DNA of 63,738 nt, filler included, from Lama guanicoe (GCA_013239625.1; 77 parts of 76 records of this genome joined end to end with filler, not necessarily neighbours in it); one strand, 5' to 3'. Shown: positions 25,249 through 38,382, numbered from the whole stretch's first letter. Numbers and translations are program-made. Notes: generated by a model not told the origin, from the sequence alone.

Positions 25249-25997
25249 GGGCTCTAAAACTAAGTATCAGCGTGTGCCTCTCCATGCGTAGTGGAGAATT
25301 TTAAACTACAACCCACAACTTGGGAATTACTTTGAACCCTGAAAAATGCGTGTTCTTTGTTTCCCCACCTCCAGCATACACACGAAGTTTTCTGGTATCC
25401 TGAGTGTGGGGAGGCTCTTGCAACTGACAATAGCAGCTGGGATCTAATTGGATCCATTAGATAGGCTTACCTGAGTATTTTCCATGGCCGGGTTTTTAGC
25501 GAAATTATGGTTTGGGCTCTAAAATCAAGTAATAGCGAGTTCCTATTCTTTGGCAGTGGAGGTGGTTAAAGTATATCCCCAAGCTGGGAACACCTGTGCC
25601 CCCATAAAGATGTGTGGACTCAGTTTCCCTCCTCCAGCACACACACGATATCTGGCTCAGATGTTTTGAATGTGGGGATGAGCCTCCAAATAACAGTAGC
25701 GCCTGGGTTCTAATACAATTCTTTTACTTGTCTTCAATGATGGCTTGCCAAGGGCGGAGTGCGGGGGAACTTTGGGTTGGGTTGTTATTCCAAGTAAATT
25801 CCAAGCAATAGGGAGTGCTTCTTAATGGGAAGAGGAAATTATTCACCAAAATCCCACAACCTGGGAATACCTGTGCTCCTTGAAAAATGCGTGGGTTCTG
25901 TTTCCCCACCACCAGCACACACATGAAGAATTTTTCTCTTATCCTGAATGTGGGGAGGCACCTCACACTCACAGCAGCACATGGGATCTAATATATT
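25249..25997 (-). repeat. Satellite F (~265-bp monomer, diverged)
   Basis: GGGCTCTAAAA at 25249 and 25514; reverse complement of the 35934-37094 family. Confidence 0.9.
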
Positions 25998-26399
25998 NNN
26001 NNNNNNNNNNNNNNNNNNNNNNNNNNNNNNNNNNNNNNNNNTTAATTAATTAANNNNNNNNNNNNNNNNNNNNNNNNNNNNNNNNNNNNNNNNNNNNGCA
26101 CATCAAAAGGGCATGTTCTTAATGTATCTGACTAAATACACTGAAATGATTGTTTAAAAGAAATTAAGATTAACCATCCTGAATAAGCTCTCAGTATCAT
26201 CTGCACAAAGCCCCACCCAAGGGTCTCATTTCTCACATCCACATAGGTGTTCAGGCAGCTTAACCTAGGTCTTGGTTTCTTATAACACAGGGATGGGAAG
26301 AATTGTGGATAGATTTATGTAGCAAATACANNNNNNNNNNNNNNNNNNNNNNNNNNNNNNNNNNNNNNNNNNNNNNTGATATATAGCCCTTAGGAAGAC

Positions 26400-27205
26400 C
26401 AGCCTTTACATTTACAACAGCATTAAAAATAAAATGAGAGATACATTTAACAAAATTTTACAAGATTTGTACATTAAAAATTTTGAAATATCACCAAAAA
26501 ATATTTAATAGATCTACATATATGGAAGGCATCCCATGTTCATGGAATGGTAGACAATATTGTTAAAAATGTTAAGACTCCCCAAAGTGATCTACAAATT
26601 TAATGGAATCTCTATCAAAATTCCAGCTGACTTCTTTCNNNNNNNNNNNNNNNNNNNNNNNNNNNNNNNNNNNNNNNNNNNNNNNNNNNNNNNNNNNNNN
26701 NNNNNNNNNNNNNNNNNNNNNNNNNNNNNNNNNNNNNNNNNNNNNNNNNNNNNNNNNNNNNNNNNNNNNNNNNNNNNNNNNNNNNNNNNNNNNNNNNNNN
26801 NNNNNNNNNNNNNNNNNNNNNNNNNNNNNNNNNNNNNNNNNNNNNNNNNNNNNNNNNNNNNNNNNNNNNNNNNNNNNNNNNNNNNNNNNNNNNNNNNNNN
26901 NNNNNNNNNNNNNNNNNNNNNNNNNNNNNNNNNNNNNNNNNNNNNNNNNNNNNNNNNNNNNNNNNNNNNNNNNNNNNNNNNNNNNNNNNNNNNNNNNNNN
27001 NNNNNNNNNNNNNNNNNNNNNNNNNNNNNNNNNNNNNNNNATAAATTTTCGAAGACATAGTATAAATCTTTGTGGTCCTAGGATAGGCTATGGCTTCCTA
27101 GATACAATACCAAGAGCACAAGTGATTAAAAAAAAGCAGATAAAATTGACTTCATCAAAACAAAAACCATTTGTTACAAAGGACAACATCAAGAAAGTGA
27201 AATGA
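26400..27205 (+). mobile_element. Old LINE-1 ORF2 fragment
   Basis: …KMLRLPKVIYKFNGISIKIPADFF and …KDNIKKVK are L1 ORF2-like. Confidence 0.85.
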
Positions 27206-27207
27206 AA

Positions 27208-27265
27208 GGGGAATGTGGTAGCTCAAATGATAGAGTGCGTGCTTGGCAAAAATTAAAAAAAAGAA
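27208..27265 (+). mobile_element. Truncated tRNA-derived SINE (Vic-1-like 5' end plus A tail)
   Basis: GGGGAATGTGGTAGCTCAAATGATAGAGTGCGTGCTTGGC then A-rich run; similar to the head of the element at 38763. Confidence 0.6.
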
Positions 27266-30200
27266 NNNNNNNNNNNNNNNNNNNNNNNNNNNNNNNNNNN
27301 NNNNNNNNNTTAATTAATTAANNNNNNNNNNNNNNNNNNNNNNNNNNNNNNNNNNNNNNNNNNNNGTGTCTGGAAAGCTGCATTGAGGGAACTGGAGGGG
27401 AGGGTGGTTCACTGGGCACACTTCTGGGGTGGGCAAGGCCCAGCACTCGCACTGAGGATGACGCGGCTCCCACTGGCTCCAGGGCCCCTCCCAGCACGGC
27501 TCCCACCCAGGTCCCTGGAGGTGGAGAAGAGGGGTTAGGGGTTCAGAGAGAGAGCCTGGCACCTTCTGGCGTCTTGGAAAAGCTGATCCCCAAGGACACC
27601 CAGCCCTGGTTGTGCGGCCCCCGAGAAGGTAGCTCAGAGACCTGGAGTGAGTGTCAGGGTGAAGAGAAAATGCACCAAACCCTTGGGATCCTAGGACAGG
27701 TTTGCACAATCTCAGACAGCTCACTTAACTCTTGAAAAAGAAGAGCATGTGTTTTACATTAGTTTAGATGGACAGAAATATTTCTTTTAGAGTTAAAATC
27801 TGAGAATTGTAGATATTCCTTGGATATTGAATATGCTACTCGTCACTAAATGTGTAAAATATATAAATCATGTTGAAAAGGAACTTATTTCATATCATTT
27901 ATCTTATTTTATTTAAATAATAATGCAATTCTATTTGAGATGTATTCCTACAATGCTTATGCTGTATGAGGCACAATTCTAAGTGTTTCATAAACACTAT
28001 ATCATTAAATCTTTAAAATAGTACAGAAGGAAGATATTCCTATACGNNNNNNNNNNNNNNNNNNNNNNNNNNNNNNNNNNNNNNNNNNNNTTAATTAATT
28101 AANNNNNNNNNNNNNNNNNNNNNNNNNNNNNNNNNNNNNNNNNNNNCGCCTGGTTGTGCCAGGCCTAGCCTGGCACTCCAGGTCTCCTGACAAATCCTGA
28201 CTTAACTGCTGAGGATGGGAGCAAGAGGTATCAGAAAGTGATGATAGAACTGATGCCAATTACAGGTGCCTGGGAGGAAGGTCAGCGCTGGGCTGGCCAG
28301 GCAAGGGGCCACATCAGGGGTGGGGGTACCCAGAGAGGCTTGAGTCCCAGCCCCCTTCACCCAGTGGTGATAATAACCCCCCTTCACCAACGCACAGACA
28401 ACACTAAGACAACCAGGGGGTCCTAGAAGAAGCCACGTCCCAGCTGAGGGGTGACAGAGGCCAGTGGGGGAGGGGGAGAAACAGAGGGTGCTGGGCCTCA
28501 AAGGAGGGGTGAGGGAGGGGCTGGAGGTGGGCGAGGGTGGAGGGCAAATCTGGGAAATATGATCGGTGGGTTCAAGNNNNNNNNNNNNNNNNNNNNNNNN
28601 NNNNNNNNNNNNNNNNNNNNTTAATTAATTAANNNNNNNNNNNNNNNNNNNNNNNNNNNNNNNNNNNNNNNNNNNNCAAAATCACCTGTTGAGTTTTTCT
28701 TTAACACAGATTCATCAATTCTACTGTTTACCTCCATCCTGATTCAGCAATTCGGAGTTTTACTCTTTGATTTTCTCAGCATTCTCCCAATCTTAAACAG
28801 AGGAAATCAAATGTGTGATTGTGATGCTCAGTCACCAGGGAGAGCTATGGCCTTAGAACCGACACTTCCTATATTCAGGGACAAAATCTTCACTTATTCA
28901 GAACCCCTATTACATCTCTATAATCTTGCTGCTAATAGACACTCCATAAATATTTCCTCAGTGAGTAAATCTTTATAGGCCTCAACACTATTAAACAGTT
29001 GCCTTAGGGTGCTAGTATCTGGAAAGTTAATTGGAAAAACCTAAAATAATTTATTATATTGAGTTGATTGCTAATTTTATTTTCAAAACAGTACAGAAGG
29101 GAACTGGGGGGGAAGAAAATTTGTAGTACATTTCTAAAATTTTGAAAATTGTATGGCTACTGCTAATTGACTNNNNNNNNNNNNNNNNNNNNNNNNNNNN
29201 NNNNNNNNNNNNNNNNNNNNNNNNNNNNNNNNNNNNNNNNNNNNNNNNNNNNNNNNNNNNNNNNNNNNNNNNNNNNNNNNNNNNNNNNNNNNNNNNNNNN
29301 NNNNNNNNNNNNNNNNNNNNNNNNNNNNNNNNNNNNNNNNNNNNNNNNNNNNNNNNNNNNNNNNNNNNNNNNNNNNNNNNNNNNNNNNNNNNNNNNNNNN
29401 NNNNNNNNNNNNNNNNNNNNNNNNNNNNNNNNNNNNNNNNNNNNNNNNNNNNNNNNNNNNNNNNNNNNNNNNNNNNNNNNNNNNNNNNNNNNNNNNNNNN
29501 NNNNNNNNNNNNNNNNNNNNNNNNNNNNNNNNNNNNNNNNNNNNNNNNNNNNNNNNNNNNNNNNNNNNNNNNNNNNNNNNNNNNNNNNNNNNNNNNNNNN
29601 NNTGTACACAATTATGTTTATAAAATAGCAATAAAAGTAATTTAGGCAAGCTTCTAATTATTGAAGGTCAAGAAATACTATTATCTAAAAATTTATGTGG
29701 TTTTCTAAAAATTATGGAAAATTCTTACTGGCCTATTTACTTAGATATTTAAAACAGCACAGTGAAATATAAATTATATATATATATTGAATTTGATAGA
29801 TACANNNNNNNNNNNNNNNNNNNNNNNNNNNNNNNNNNNNNNNNNNNNTTAATTAATTAANNNNNNNNNNNNNNNNNNNNNNNNNNNNNNNNNNNNNNNN
29901 NNNNTTTGCAAAGAAACATGCCCTTCACTTCACAAACTTTCCCCACCTCTTTCAATAATATTAGGGGAAGAGCAGGGAGCTCTGGGAAGTGGTGGGGATA
30001 TGGACTTGAGATACCCTTGAATCTGAATCCACACTTCATGGCTTATTTGTTATTTAACTTCATTTACATTCCAAATGCAATTGTTGCAGATCTCAGAAGA
30101 TGATTTACACTCACTGCTATGGCAGAAAGTTGCGGTTAGTAGACCCACCACTGGATCCTCTTAATCAACNNNNNNNNNNNNNNNNNNNNNNNNNNNNNNN

Positions 30201-30497
30201 NNNNNNNNNNNNNNNNNNNNNNNNNNNNNNNNNNNNNNNNNNNNNNNNNNNNNNNNNNNNNNNNNNNNNNNNNNNNNNNNNNNNNNNNNNNNNNNNNNNN
30301 NNNNNNNNNNNNNNNNNNNNNNNNNNNNNNNNNNNNNNNNNNNNNNNNNNNNNNNNNNNNNNNNNNNNNNNNNNNNNNNNNNNNNNNNNNNNNNNNNNNN
30401 NNNNNNNNNNNNNNNNNNNNNNNNNNNNNNNNNNNNNNNNNNNNNNNNNNNNNNNNNNNNNNNNNNNNNNNNNNNNNNNNNNNNNNNNNNNNNNNNN

Positions 30498-30622
30498 TAT
30501 AGTGAAATATGACAAGGAATATGTATATATGTATGTATAACTGAATCACTATGCTGTACACCAAGAATTAACACAATACTGTAAACTAACTATACTTTCA
30601 ACAATAAAAGTTGAAATAAAAT
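30498..30622 (+). mobile_element. LINE-1 3' terminus
   Basis: GTATAACTGAATCACTATGCTGTACACCAAGAATTAACACAA…ACTATACTTTCAACAATAAAA, a typical cetartiodactyl L1 tail. Confidence 0.85.
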
Positions 30623-31319
30623 TGGGAGATGAAATTTCCACTGCCCAGGCTGCTGTCAGGATGAAATGATTCAAAGCAAGGTCAGGTATTAGCAACCCCC
30701 CTGACACATCAAAACCCCATGTGGGGTCTTCCTTTTGAGCAGCACATGCTAACCGGCCATGGACACCTGTAAATAGGGTTGAAGTCACTTAGACCCTTGG
30801 CTTGGGAACACCGTGGCCACAAGGGTGGGGGGCACTGCAGCACCTACGAGAATGATGGGGCCAGCCTGCTGCTGAAGCTGCTCCCCAGGCTGCAGCCCAG
30901 AGCCCTGCAGGCAGGTCTGAGGCTCGGCCGGGAGCACACAGCTCCACAGCCCCTCGGAGCCTTGCGGTGTGGGTGGCGCTGGGACTGCGCTCGTCCATCA
31001 CCCTCCCTGGCACCTAGACTCGGGAGTCTCTTGGGGAATTTTTCTCTGCCTCATGCTTCCTGTCNNNNNNNNNNNNNNNNNNNNNNNNNNNNNNNNNNNN
31101 NNNNNNNNTTAATTAATTAANNNNNNNNNNNNNNNNNNNNNNNNNNNNNNNNNNNNNNNNNNNNATAGAGTCAAGGATTGATTTTATTTTCAGACTAAAG
31201 TCCCAGTGTCCCTGAAAGCTTCGTACTGGGGGCTATTTAAAGATCATAAAACGTTAGAGATGCAGCTTCATCAAAATTTATAAATTACAACCTTTTCGTT
31301 GTTTAAAGGTGGCGGAGGA

Positions 31320-31530
31320 CTTGGAGTGTGTAATGTTAGGGTTAGACAGACTTGTTTGCAGCCCACCCTTGGCTTTTCTTTTTAATCTTGAACAGTTTAC
31401 TTAGTCTCCTTGAGCCTAAATTTTACATAGCTGTAAATGTTAAAAATCCCGATTCAAAGACATAGATAAATTGGACGGATTAGATGATATAGTAGATTCA
31501 GGACACCTGGCACATTGTAGGGATCTGTAA
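31320..31530 (+). mobile_element. MIR SINE
   Basis: GTTAGACAGAC…CTTGAACAGTTTACTTAGTCTCCTTGAGCCT…CACCTGGCACATTGTAGG. Confidence 0.6.
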
Positions 31531-31865
31531 GGAGAGATGAGCTCGTGCTGAGATGAGGGAACAAAGGCCGTCGTCATGGAAGCAGGATCCATTTTGGGGG
31601 GTGGGGTGGGATCTTTCTTACCTGAACCAGTTTTACACTGGGAATACACAAAGTGTTTCCTAGGGATTACTGGGTATCAATAATTTTAGAAAATATGTTT
31701 TCATGTCCTCAACTGGGTAAATGTGTTCTTCATTTGAAATGGTTCTTCCCAAGAAAGCACCCGAGNNNNNNNNNNNNNNNNNNNNNNNNNNNNNNNNNNN
31801 NNNNNNNNNTTAATTAATTAANNNNNNNNNNNNNNNNNNNNNNNNNNNNNNNNNNNNNNNNNNNN

Positions 31866-32070
31866 TATATATGAAAATTAATAAAAAACCAAATTTCTTC
31901 TGTATAGCACAGGGGCCTATAAACAGTGTCTTGCAATAACTTTTACTGAAAAAGTGTATGAAAATTAATATATGTATGTGTATGTGTGACTGGGACATTA
32001 AGCTGTACACCAGAGATTGACACATTGTAATTGACTATACTTCAATTAAAAAAAAAATAAGAAAAAAAAA
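31866..32070 (+). mobile_element. LINE-1 3' terminus with poly(A)
   Basis: CTGTATAGCACAGGG…GCTGTACACCAGAGATTGACACATTGTAATTGACTATACTTCAATTAAAAAAAA. Confidence 0.9.
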
Positions 32071-32758
32071 TTGTTCTATGTCTAGAAAATAAAACTGAAA
32101 GGAAACATACCTAAATGTTGATATTATCTCTGAGCATGAGGATTAGGAAAGATTTTCTTAACTGATTTTCATATTTTTCACATTTAAAAAAATGAACAGT
32201 ATGTATTACTTTTTTCAATCAGAATAAAATAGTGTATTATAAAATATACAGTGTTTTGTCCAGCAATATAATGTAGAGACTAGATTTATAACTAGTGAAG
32301 AATACTTAATCTTGTTCCATTACTAAGAACCTAGGGATTTATAAGCCAGGATCAATCTCTGTGACCAAATATTTCATCAATGTGCAATATCCAATTGGCT
32401 GCTTATATTAGAAGCAATTGCTCCAGGTGGTTTATAGCAACTAAAATGATCCCACTAGATCACTCTTCCTGACTAATCTCATCTTTTCCAAAAGTTAGAG
32501 ACTCCAATACCAGTCCTTTGTGACAATGATACTGCATTTTGTGAAAAAGATCAACTCCACGTGCCAAATTCCAAATAGCTAAGCAGAGTTTGCAAACTGG
32601 TACCCAGAAGGCTAAATCTGATTAATATACCTATTCGGTTTGGCTTGTACAGAGTAACNNNNNNNNNNNNNNNNNNNNNNNNNNNNNNNNNNNNNNNNNN
32701 NNTTAATTAATTAANNNNNNNNNNNNNNNNNNNNNNNNNNNNNNNNNNNNNNNNNNNN

Positions 32759-33293
32759 ATTTAGAATATAGAATGAAGACCACAAAATTTAGTAAATAGA
32801 ATTGAGACTATAGAACACAGAATTTAAATTGGAATGTAAAAGACATATTTTAGACTATAGAATATAAAGTACTGAATATAGAATTTAGAATATGAATGAA
32901 GAACACAGAATATTGAATATAGATTACAAAATATATAACCCAGAATTTAGAACAAGGAATGCAGAACACAGAATTTAGAATATATAATACAGAATACTAA
33001 ATATACAATTTAGATTATAGAATGTACAACACAGAATTTAGAATATAGAATAGAGNNNNNNNNNNNNNNNNNNNNNNNNNNNNNNNNNNNNNNNNNNNNN
33101 NNNTGGAATGCGGAGAATACAGATTATTGAATGTAGAACACAGAGTTTAGAATATAGAATACCGAATGCAGAATATAGACTTTAGAATTTTGAAAGAGGA
33201 ACACAGAATATTGAATAAAGAATACAGAATATAGAACACAGAAAATAGAAAAAGGAATGCAGAACTGAGGATATATGTTATAGAATACAGAAT
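32759..33293 (+). repeat. Satellite B
   Basis: AGAAT-heptamer array. Confidence 0.93.
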
Positions 33294-33488
33294 NNNNNNN
33301 NNNNNNNNNNNNNNNNNNNNNNNNNNNNNNNNNNNNNTTAATTAATTAANNNNNNNNNNNNNNNNNNNNNNNNNNNNNNNNNNNNNNNNNNNNGTCCCTT
33401 GTCCACACATGGAACATTGTTCTGGCCTGACTTTGAATAGAGTCTTTCTGATTTAGCTGAGTTCATTGATACAGCATTGATGTTTCAG

Positions 33489-33776
33489 GAAGAGCTGGAG
33501 CCCAGTCAGTGACCCAGCCTGACAGGCACGGCATCACTGTCCCTGAAGGAGCCCGCCTGGAGCTGAGGTGCAACTACTCATCCTCTTATCCACCGTATCT
33601 CTTCTGGTACGTGCAGTACCCCAACCAAGGATCCTGAAGTACACGTCTGGAAACAGCCTTGTTTCAGGCATCAAAGGTTTTGAGGCTGAATTTAGGAAGA
33701 ATGAAACCTCCTTTCACCTGAAGAAAATGTCAGCCCATTGGAGCGACTCGGCAGAGTACTTCTGTGCTCTCAGTGA
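33489..33776 (+). pseudogene. TRAV8: T-cell receptor alpha variable V-exon, TRAV8-subgroup-like, frameshifted
   Basis: Acceptor TTTCAG|; frame 1 [48 protein letters not shown] then S-stop (TGA 33635-33637). The shifted frame continues [47 protein letters not shown]. Conserved Cys, Trp and second Cys (33763-33765) are present; ~10 nt of the usual GLQLLLKY segment are missing. Confidence 0.92.
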
Positions 33777-33815
33777 CACAGTGCCTCAGTCTGCGGGGGG
33801 AGCTGAACACAAACC
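33777..33815 (+). promoter_or_regulatory. V(D)J recombination signal sequence (23-RSS)
   Basis: Heptamer CACAGTG 33777-33783, 23-nt spacer 33784-33806, nonamer ACACAAACC 33807-33815. Confidence 0.95.
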
Positions 33816-34084
33816 TCCTGAGACGTTGCAGCCTGAAAGACTCAGGGGCTCAGCCTGAGCATAGTCTGTGAGGGCAAACAGCACNNNNNNNNNNNNNNNN
33901 NNNNNNNNNNNNNNNNNNNNNNNNNNNNTTAATTAATTAANNNNNNNNNNNNNNNNNNNNNNNNNNNNNNNNNNNNNNNNNNNNACCATTTCTCTCTCCA
34001 GAAGAGCATCTCAAAATCTGTGATGAAGAAATATATAATTTTCAAAATTCCCAGTCTATTGCAGACCTGTCTACGGTCCTCATG

Positions 34085-34445
34085 TGCCTGGACCAGAATG
34101 TGTCCCACCCAAATTCCTATGGTGAAGCCCTAATTCCCAATGTGACCACATCTGGAAACAGAGCTTACAAAGAGGTATTTGGGGTTAAACGGGTTCTTAA
34201 GCGTAGGGCTCTGGTATGATAGCACTAGTGTTCCTATAAGGACACTGAAGAACTCATTCTTCCTCCACCTGCACACAAAGGGGTCATGAGAGCGCACAGC
34301 GAGATGACAGACACCTGCAAGCCAAGGGGAGTGGCCCCAAAATGAAATCTACTGTGCTGACACCCTGAGCTTAGACCTCCCAGCCTCCAGAACACTGAGA
34401 AATAAATGTCTATTGTTTAAGCCCCAAGTCTGTGGTACTGGGTAA
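34085..34445 (+). mobile_element. ERVL-MaLR solo LTR (MLT1-like)
   Basis: GAATGTGTCCCACCCAAATTCCTATGGTGAAGCCCTAATTCCCAATGTGAC…CCAGCCTCCAGAACACTGAGAAATAAATGTCTATTGTTTAAGCC. Confidence 0.88.
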
Positions 34446-34777
34446 ACCCATACTGCACGTGACCAAGGTGAGTCTGCACGACATGCCACTCACCACACAA
34501 GCTGCAAGTCTAATGGGTCTACACCTTGTTCAGCAAAGTGAGCCCACTGATCATAGGCTTAAAAGTCACAGCAATGTCAAACTGCCTTAGAAGTTTCTAA
34601 GCTCTTAACCTCTGTAGACCAGTAACATTTTATGGACTAAAACCAGTCTGCAGAGCACGTCTCAAGCAGCTCTAGTTNNNNNNNNNNNNNNNNNNNNNNN
34701 NNNNNNNNNNNNNNNNNNNNNTTAATTAATTAANNNNNNNNNNNNNNNNNNNNNNNNNNNNNNNNNNNNNNNNNNNN

Positions 34778-35247
34778 CCTATGCACTTAAATATATATAC
34801 TTTGTCTTCGTAGCTTCTTCCTATCAGCAGGTTCAAGAATCACACTATGATCCCAGAAAAACCCTCTTGGTACGAATTCTAACCTAGAGATATGTAATTT
34901 GAATAGATTCTATCTACATGATATTCCGTGTCCGTACATGCTACATGCATGACGGATTCGAAAAACATGCATTCCTGAGTTGAGAGCATTTCTGATTACT
35001 GATGTTTCATCCTCTAGAAAAGGAAAATTTTCTTCTAGACACGTGTAATGTACAGATTTTCACAAGCTTTCCCTAACACCAGTTTAGAATTCATGCATTC
35101 TTCACAGAAAAATACTTCTGGAGCGATTTCCACCTAACAGATTTGTAATTTAAATGCATTCCATCAACAGAGCATTCTGGATTCCGTAAATGCTACACGC
35201 ATGACGGATTCGCCAAACATGCATTTCTGAGTTGTGAGCATGTGGAT
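34778..35247 (-). repeat. Satellite D
   Basis: Same monomer order as 14767-15252; CATGACGGATTCG occurs twice, about 250 nt apart. Confidence 0.93.
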
Positions 35248-35347
35248 NNNNNNNNNNNNNNNNNNNNNNNNNNNNNNNNNNNNNNNNNNNNTTAATTAAT
35301 TAANNNNNNNNNNNNNNNNNNNNNNNNNNNNNNNNNNNNNNNNNNNN

Positions 35348-35833
35348 TCTATATTTTATATTCTGTGTTCTACATTCTATATTCTAAATACTATATACAG
35401 CTTTCTGTATTCTATATTCTATATTCTGTTTTCTACATTCTTTTTTCTAAATTCTATATTCAGTATTCTTTATTTTATATTCCAAATTCTGTGTTCTACA
35501 TTCTATATTCTAAATTTTATATTCAGTATTCTGTATTCTATATTCTAAATTCTGAGTTCTGTTTCCATGTTCCAAAATCTGCCTTCAATATTTTCTAAGC
35601 CATATTTTTTATTCTGTTATTCTACATTCTATATTCTAGACTATATATTCAGTATTATGTATCCTATATTCTATATTCTGTGTTCTACATTCAATTTTTT
35701 TAATTGTTTTTTAAGTATTCAGTGTACTATATTATACATTCTGTGTTATGCATTCCAAGTTCTAAATTCTCTATACTCTATTCAATAATCTGTGTTCTAT
35801 TTCTATATTCTAAATTTTATATTCATTATTCTG
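35348..35833 (-). repeat. Satellite B
   Basis: ATTCT-heptamer array. Confidence 0.95.
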
Positions 35834-35933
35834 NNNNNNNNNNNNNNNNNNNNNNNNNNNNNNNNNNNNNNNNNNNNTTAATTAATTAANNNNNNNNNNN
35901 NNNNNNNNNNNNNNNNNNNNNNNNNNNNNNNNN

Positions 35934-37094
35934 TCGGAGCCCAAACCACACTGTCCCGCACACTCCCGCCTAGGCATTCCATGAGGGAAGACAATCAGAG
36001 GGATTCAATTTGAACCCAGGCGCTGCTGTCAGTTGGAGGAACTTCCCTGCACTCAGAATTCCAGAACACATTCTTAGGTGTGGGAGAGATGTGCAGCCCC
36101 ACTGCACCCAGATGAATGGAGGAAAAGGTGTTCCGTTTAGGGNNNNNNNNNNNNNNNNNNNNNNNNNNNNNNNNNNNNNNNNNNNNNNNNNNNNNNNNNN
36201 NNNNNNNNNNNNNNNNNNNNNNNNNNNNNNNNNNNNNNNNNNNNNNNNNNNNNNNNNNNNNNNNNNNNNNNNNNNNNNNNNNNNNNNNNNNNNNNNNNNN
36301 NNNNNNNNNNNNNNNNNNNNNNNNNNNNNNNNNNNNNNNNNNNNNNNNNNNNNNNNNNNNNNNNNNNNNNNNNNNNNNNNNNNNNNNNNNNNNNNNNNNN
36401 NNNNNNNNNNNNNNNNNNNNNNNNNNNNNNNNNNNNNNNNNNNNNNNNNNNNNNNNNNNNNNNNNNNNNNNNNNNNNNNNNNNNNNNNNNNNNNNNNNNN
36501 NNNNNNNNNNNNNNNNNNNNNNNNNNNNNNNNNNNNNNNNNNNNNNNNNNNGTTGGAAGAACCTCCCCACACTCAAGACATCGGAACCCAATGCCGTGTG
36601 TGTCCTGGAGGAGGGAAACAGTGTCCACACATCTTTCTGGGGGACAGGTGTTCCCAGGTTGGGGTTGTATTTAAACACTGCCACTGCTCTTAGGGATGCA
36701 CTCGCTATTACTATGGTTTAGTGTCCAACCACACCTTCGCTCAAAGCCCGGCCTATGGAAACACTCAGGGATTACAAGCCAAGTGATTCTATTAGATCCC
36801 AGATGTTGCTGTCACTTGGAGGAGCCTCCCCACACTCAGGAGACCAGAAACGTTCTTCATGTGTGTCCTGGAGGCGGGGAAACAAGTTCCACGTTTATTT
36901 ATTGGATCACAGGTGTTCCCAGGTTGGGGATGTAGGTAAACACTTCCACTGCTCATAGAGAGGCACTCGCTAATACTTTGGTTTAGTGCCCAATCCCACT
37001 TTAACTCACATCGCGGCAAAAGGAAACAATGAGGGATGTCAATCGAAGTGATTCTATTAGATCCCAGGTGCTGCCGTCAGTTTGAGGAGCCTCC
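35934..37094 (+). repeat. Satellite F
   Basis: (A/G)CCTCCCCACACTCA at 36561 and 36824, start of next copy at 37089 (periods 263, 265). Confidence 0.9.
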
Positions 37095-37856
37095 NNNNNN
37101 NNNNNNNNNNNNNNNNNNNNNNNNNNNNNNNNNNNNNNTTAATTAATTAANNNNNNNNNNNNNNNNNNNNNNNNNNNNNNNNNNNNNNNNNNNNTCGCAA
37201 GGTACGGGCTGGGACCCACGGGCTTCCCGTGCCCGTTGCCAGGTGAGCTCTCCTGCCAGGCGGCGTCTCTCAGCTCCACCCCGGCTGCCGTGTCCCACAG
37301 GAATCCCGCAAACCCGGGCCCCTGTGGGAGAAGACGAGGGTTAGTGTGTGTAGGGGGTCTATCTGGTGGCAGGGCTCAGCCCTGAGCGGAGGAAGAGGCA
37401 GGTGAGCCCAGGAGGAGACGATGGGGAGCAGCAAGCTCTGCTCTGGGTCCTGAGATTACATGCCCAGGGGCTGCTTCCGAGACAAAAGCACACCCAAAGC
37501 CACAGCAGCCTCCTTGTCCCCCCACCCAATTTCCCAGACCGGCAATTTCAGGGAGCTTCACATACTGCCAGGGGTGCCTGGGCTCTTCTCTTTTTGAGGG
37601 GATGGGGTGGGAATGGGGACCCAGATTAGGCATGGAGTTATCTTTAATCATCACACCCCATGAAGTAGCTGCTCACACTCCCATCTATCAGATGAAGACA
37701 GCTGCTAAGAGAGGTTAAGTAACTTCTTTAAAACCCCATAGCTGGTAAGTGGCAATNNNNNNNNNNNNNNNNNNNNNNNNNNNNNNNNNNNNNNNNNNNN
37801 TTAATTAATTAANNNNNNNNNNNNNNNNNNNNNNNNNNNNNNNNNNNNNNNNNNNN

Positions 37857-38382
37857 CCTCTCCAGCATCTGTCATACGTGGACTTTTGAATGATGGTCAT
37901 TGTGAATGGTGTGAGGTGCTACCTCATTGTATTTCTGATTTGCATTTGTCTGATCATTAGTGATATTGAGCATTTTTTGATGTGCCTATTGATCATTTGT
38001 ATTTCTTCCTTGGAGAATTGTTTGTTTAGGTCTTCTGCCCATTTTTGGACTGGCTTGTTTGTTTTTTAGTTATTCAGTTGTATGAGCTGTTTATATATTC
38101 TGGAAATAAAGCCTTTGTCAGTGAAAACAGTTCCGAAAATCTTCTCCCATTTCATAATCTTTTTTATAGATTATACTGTATTTAAAGCTATTATAAAATA
38201 TTGGCTATATTCCCTGTTCTGTGCATTACATCATTGTATCTTCCTTGTTTTGTACCTAGTAGTTTGTACCTCTTCACTGCTGTACGTGTTTTGTCCCTCT
38301 CCCCATCTCTCTCCCCACTGGTAACCACTGCTACATTCTCTGTATCTATGAGGTTATTTCTGCTGTTGTTTTCTTCTTGAAC
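37857..38382 (-). mobile_element. LINE-1 ORF2 and 3'UTR fragments
   Basis: Near-colinear with the L1 at 13105-13611, then switches to L1 3'UTR-like sequence (CCACTGGTAACCAC). Confidence 0.88.

Noticed and set aside
33568..33858. 96-aa ORF as an intact secreted protein
   Set aside because: Chimeric reading: out-of-frame 5' part of the TRAV exon joined to its in-frame 3' part and read through the RSS.
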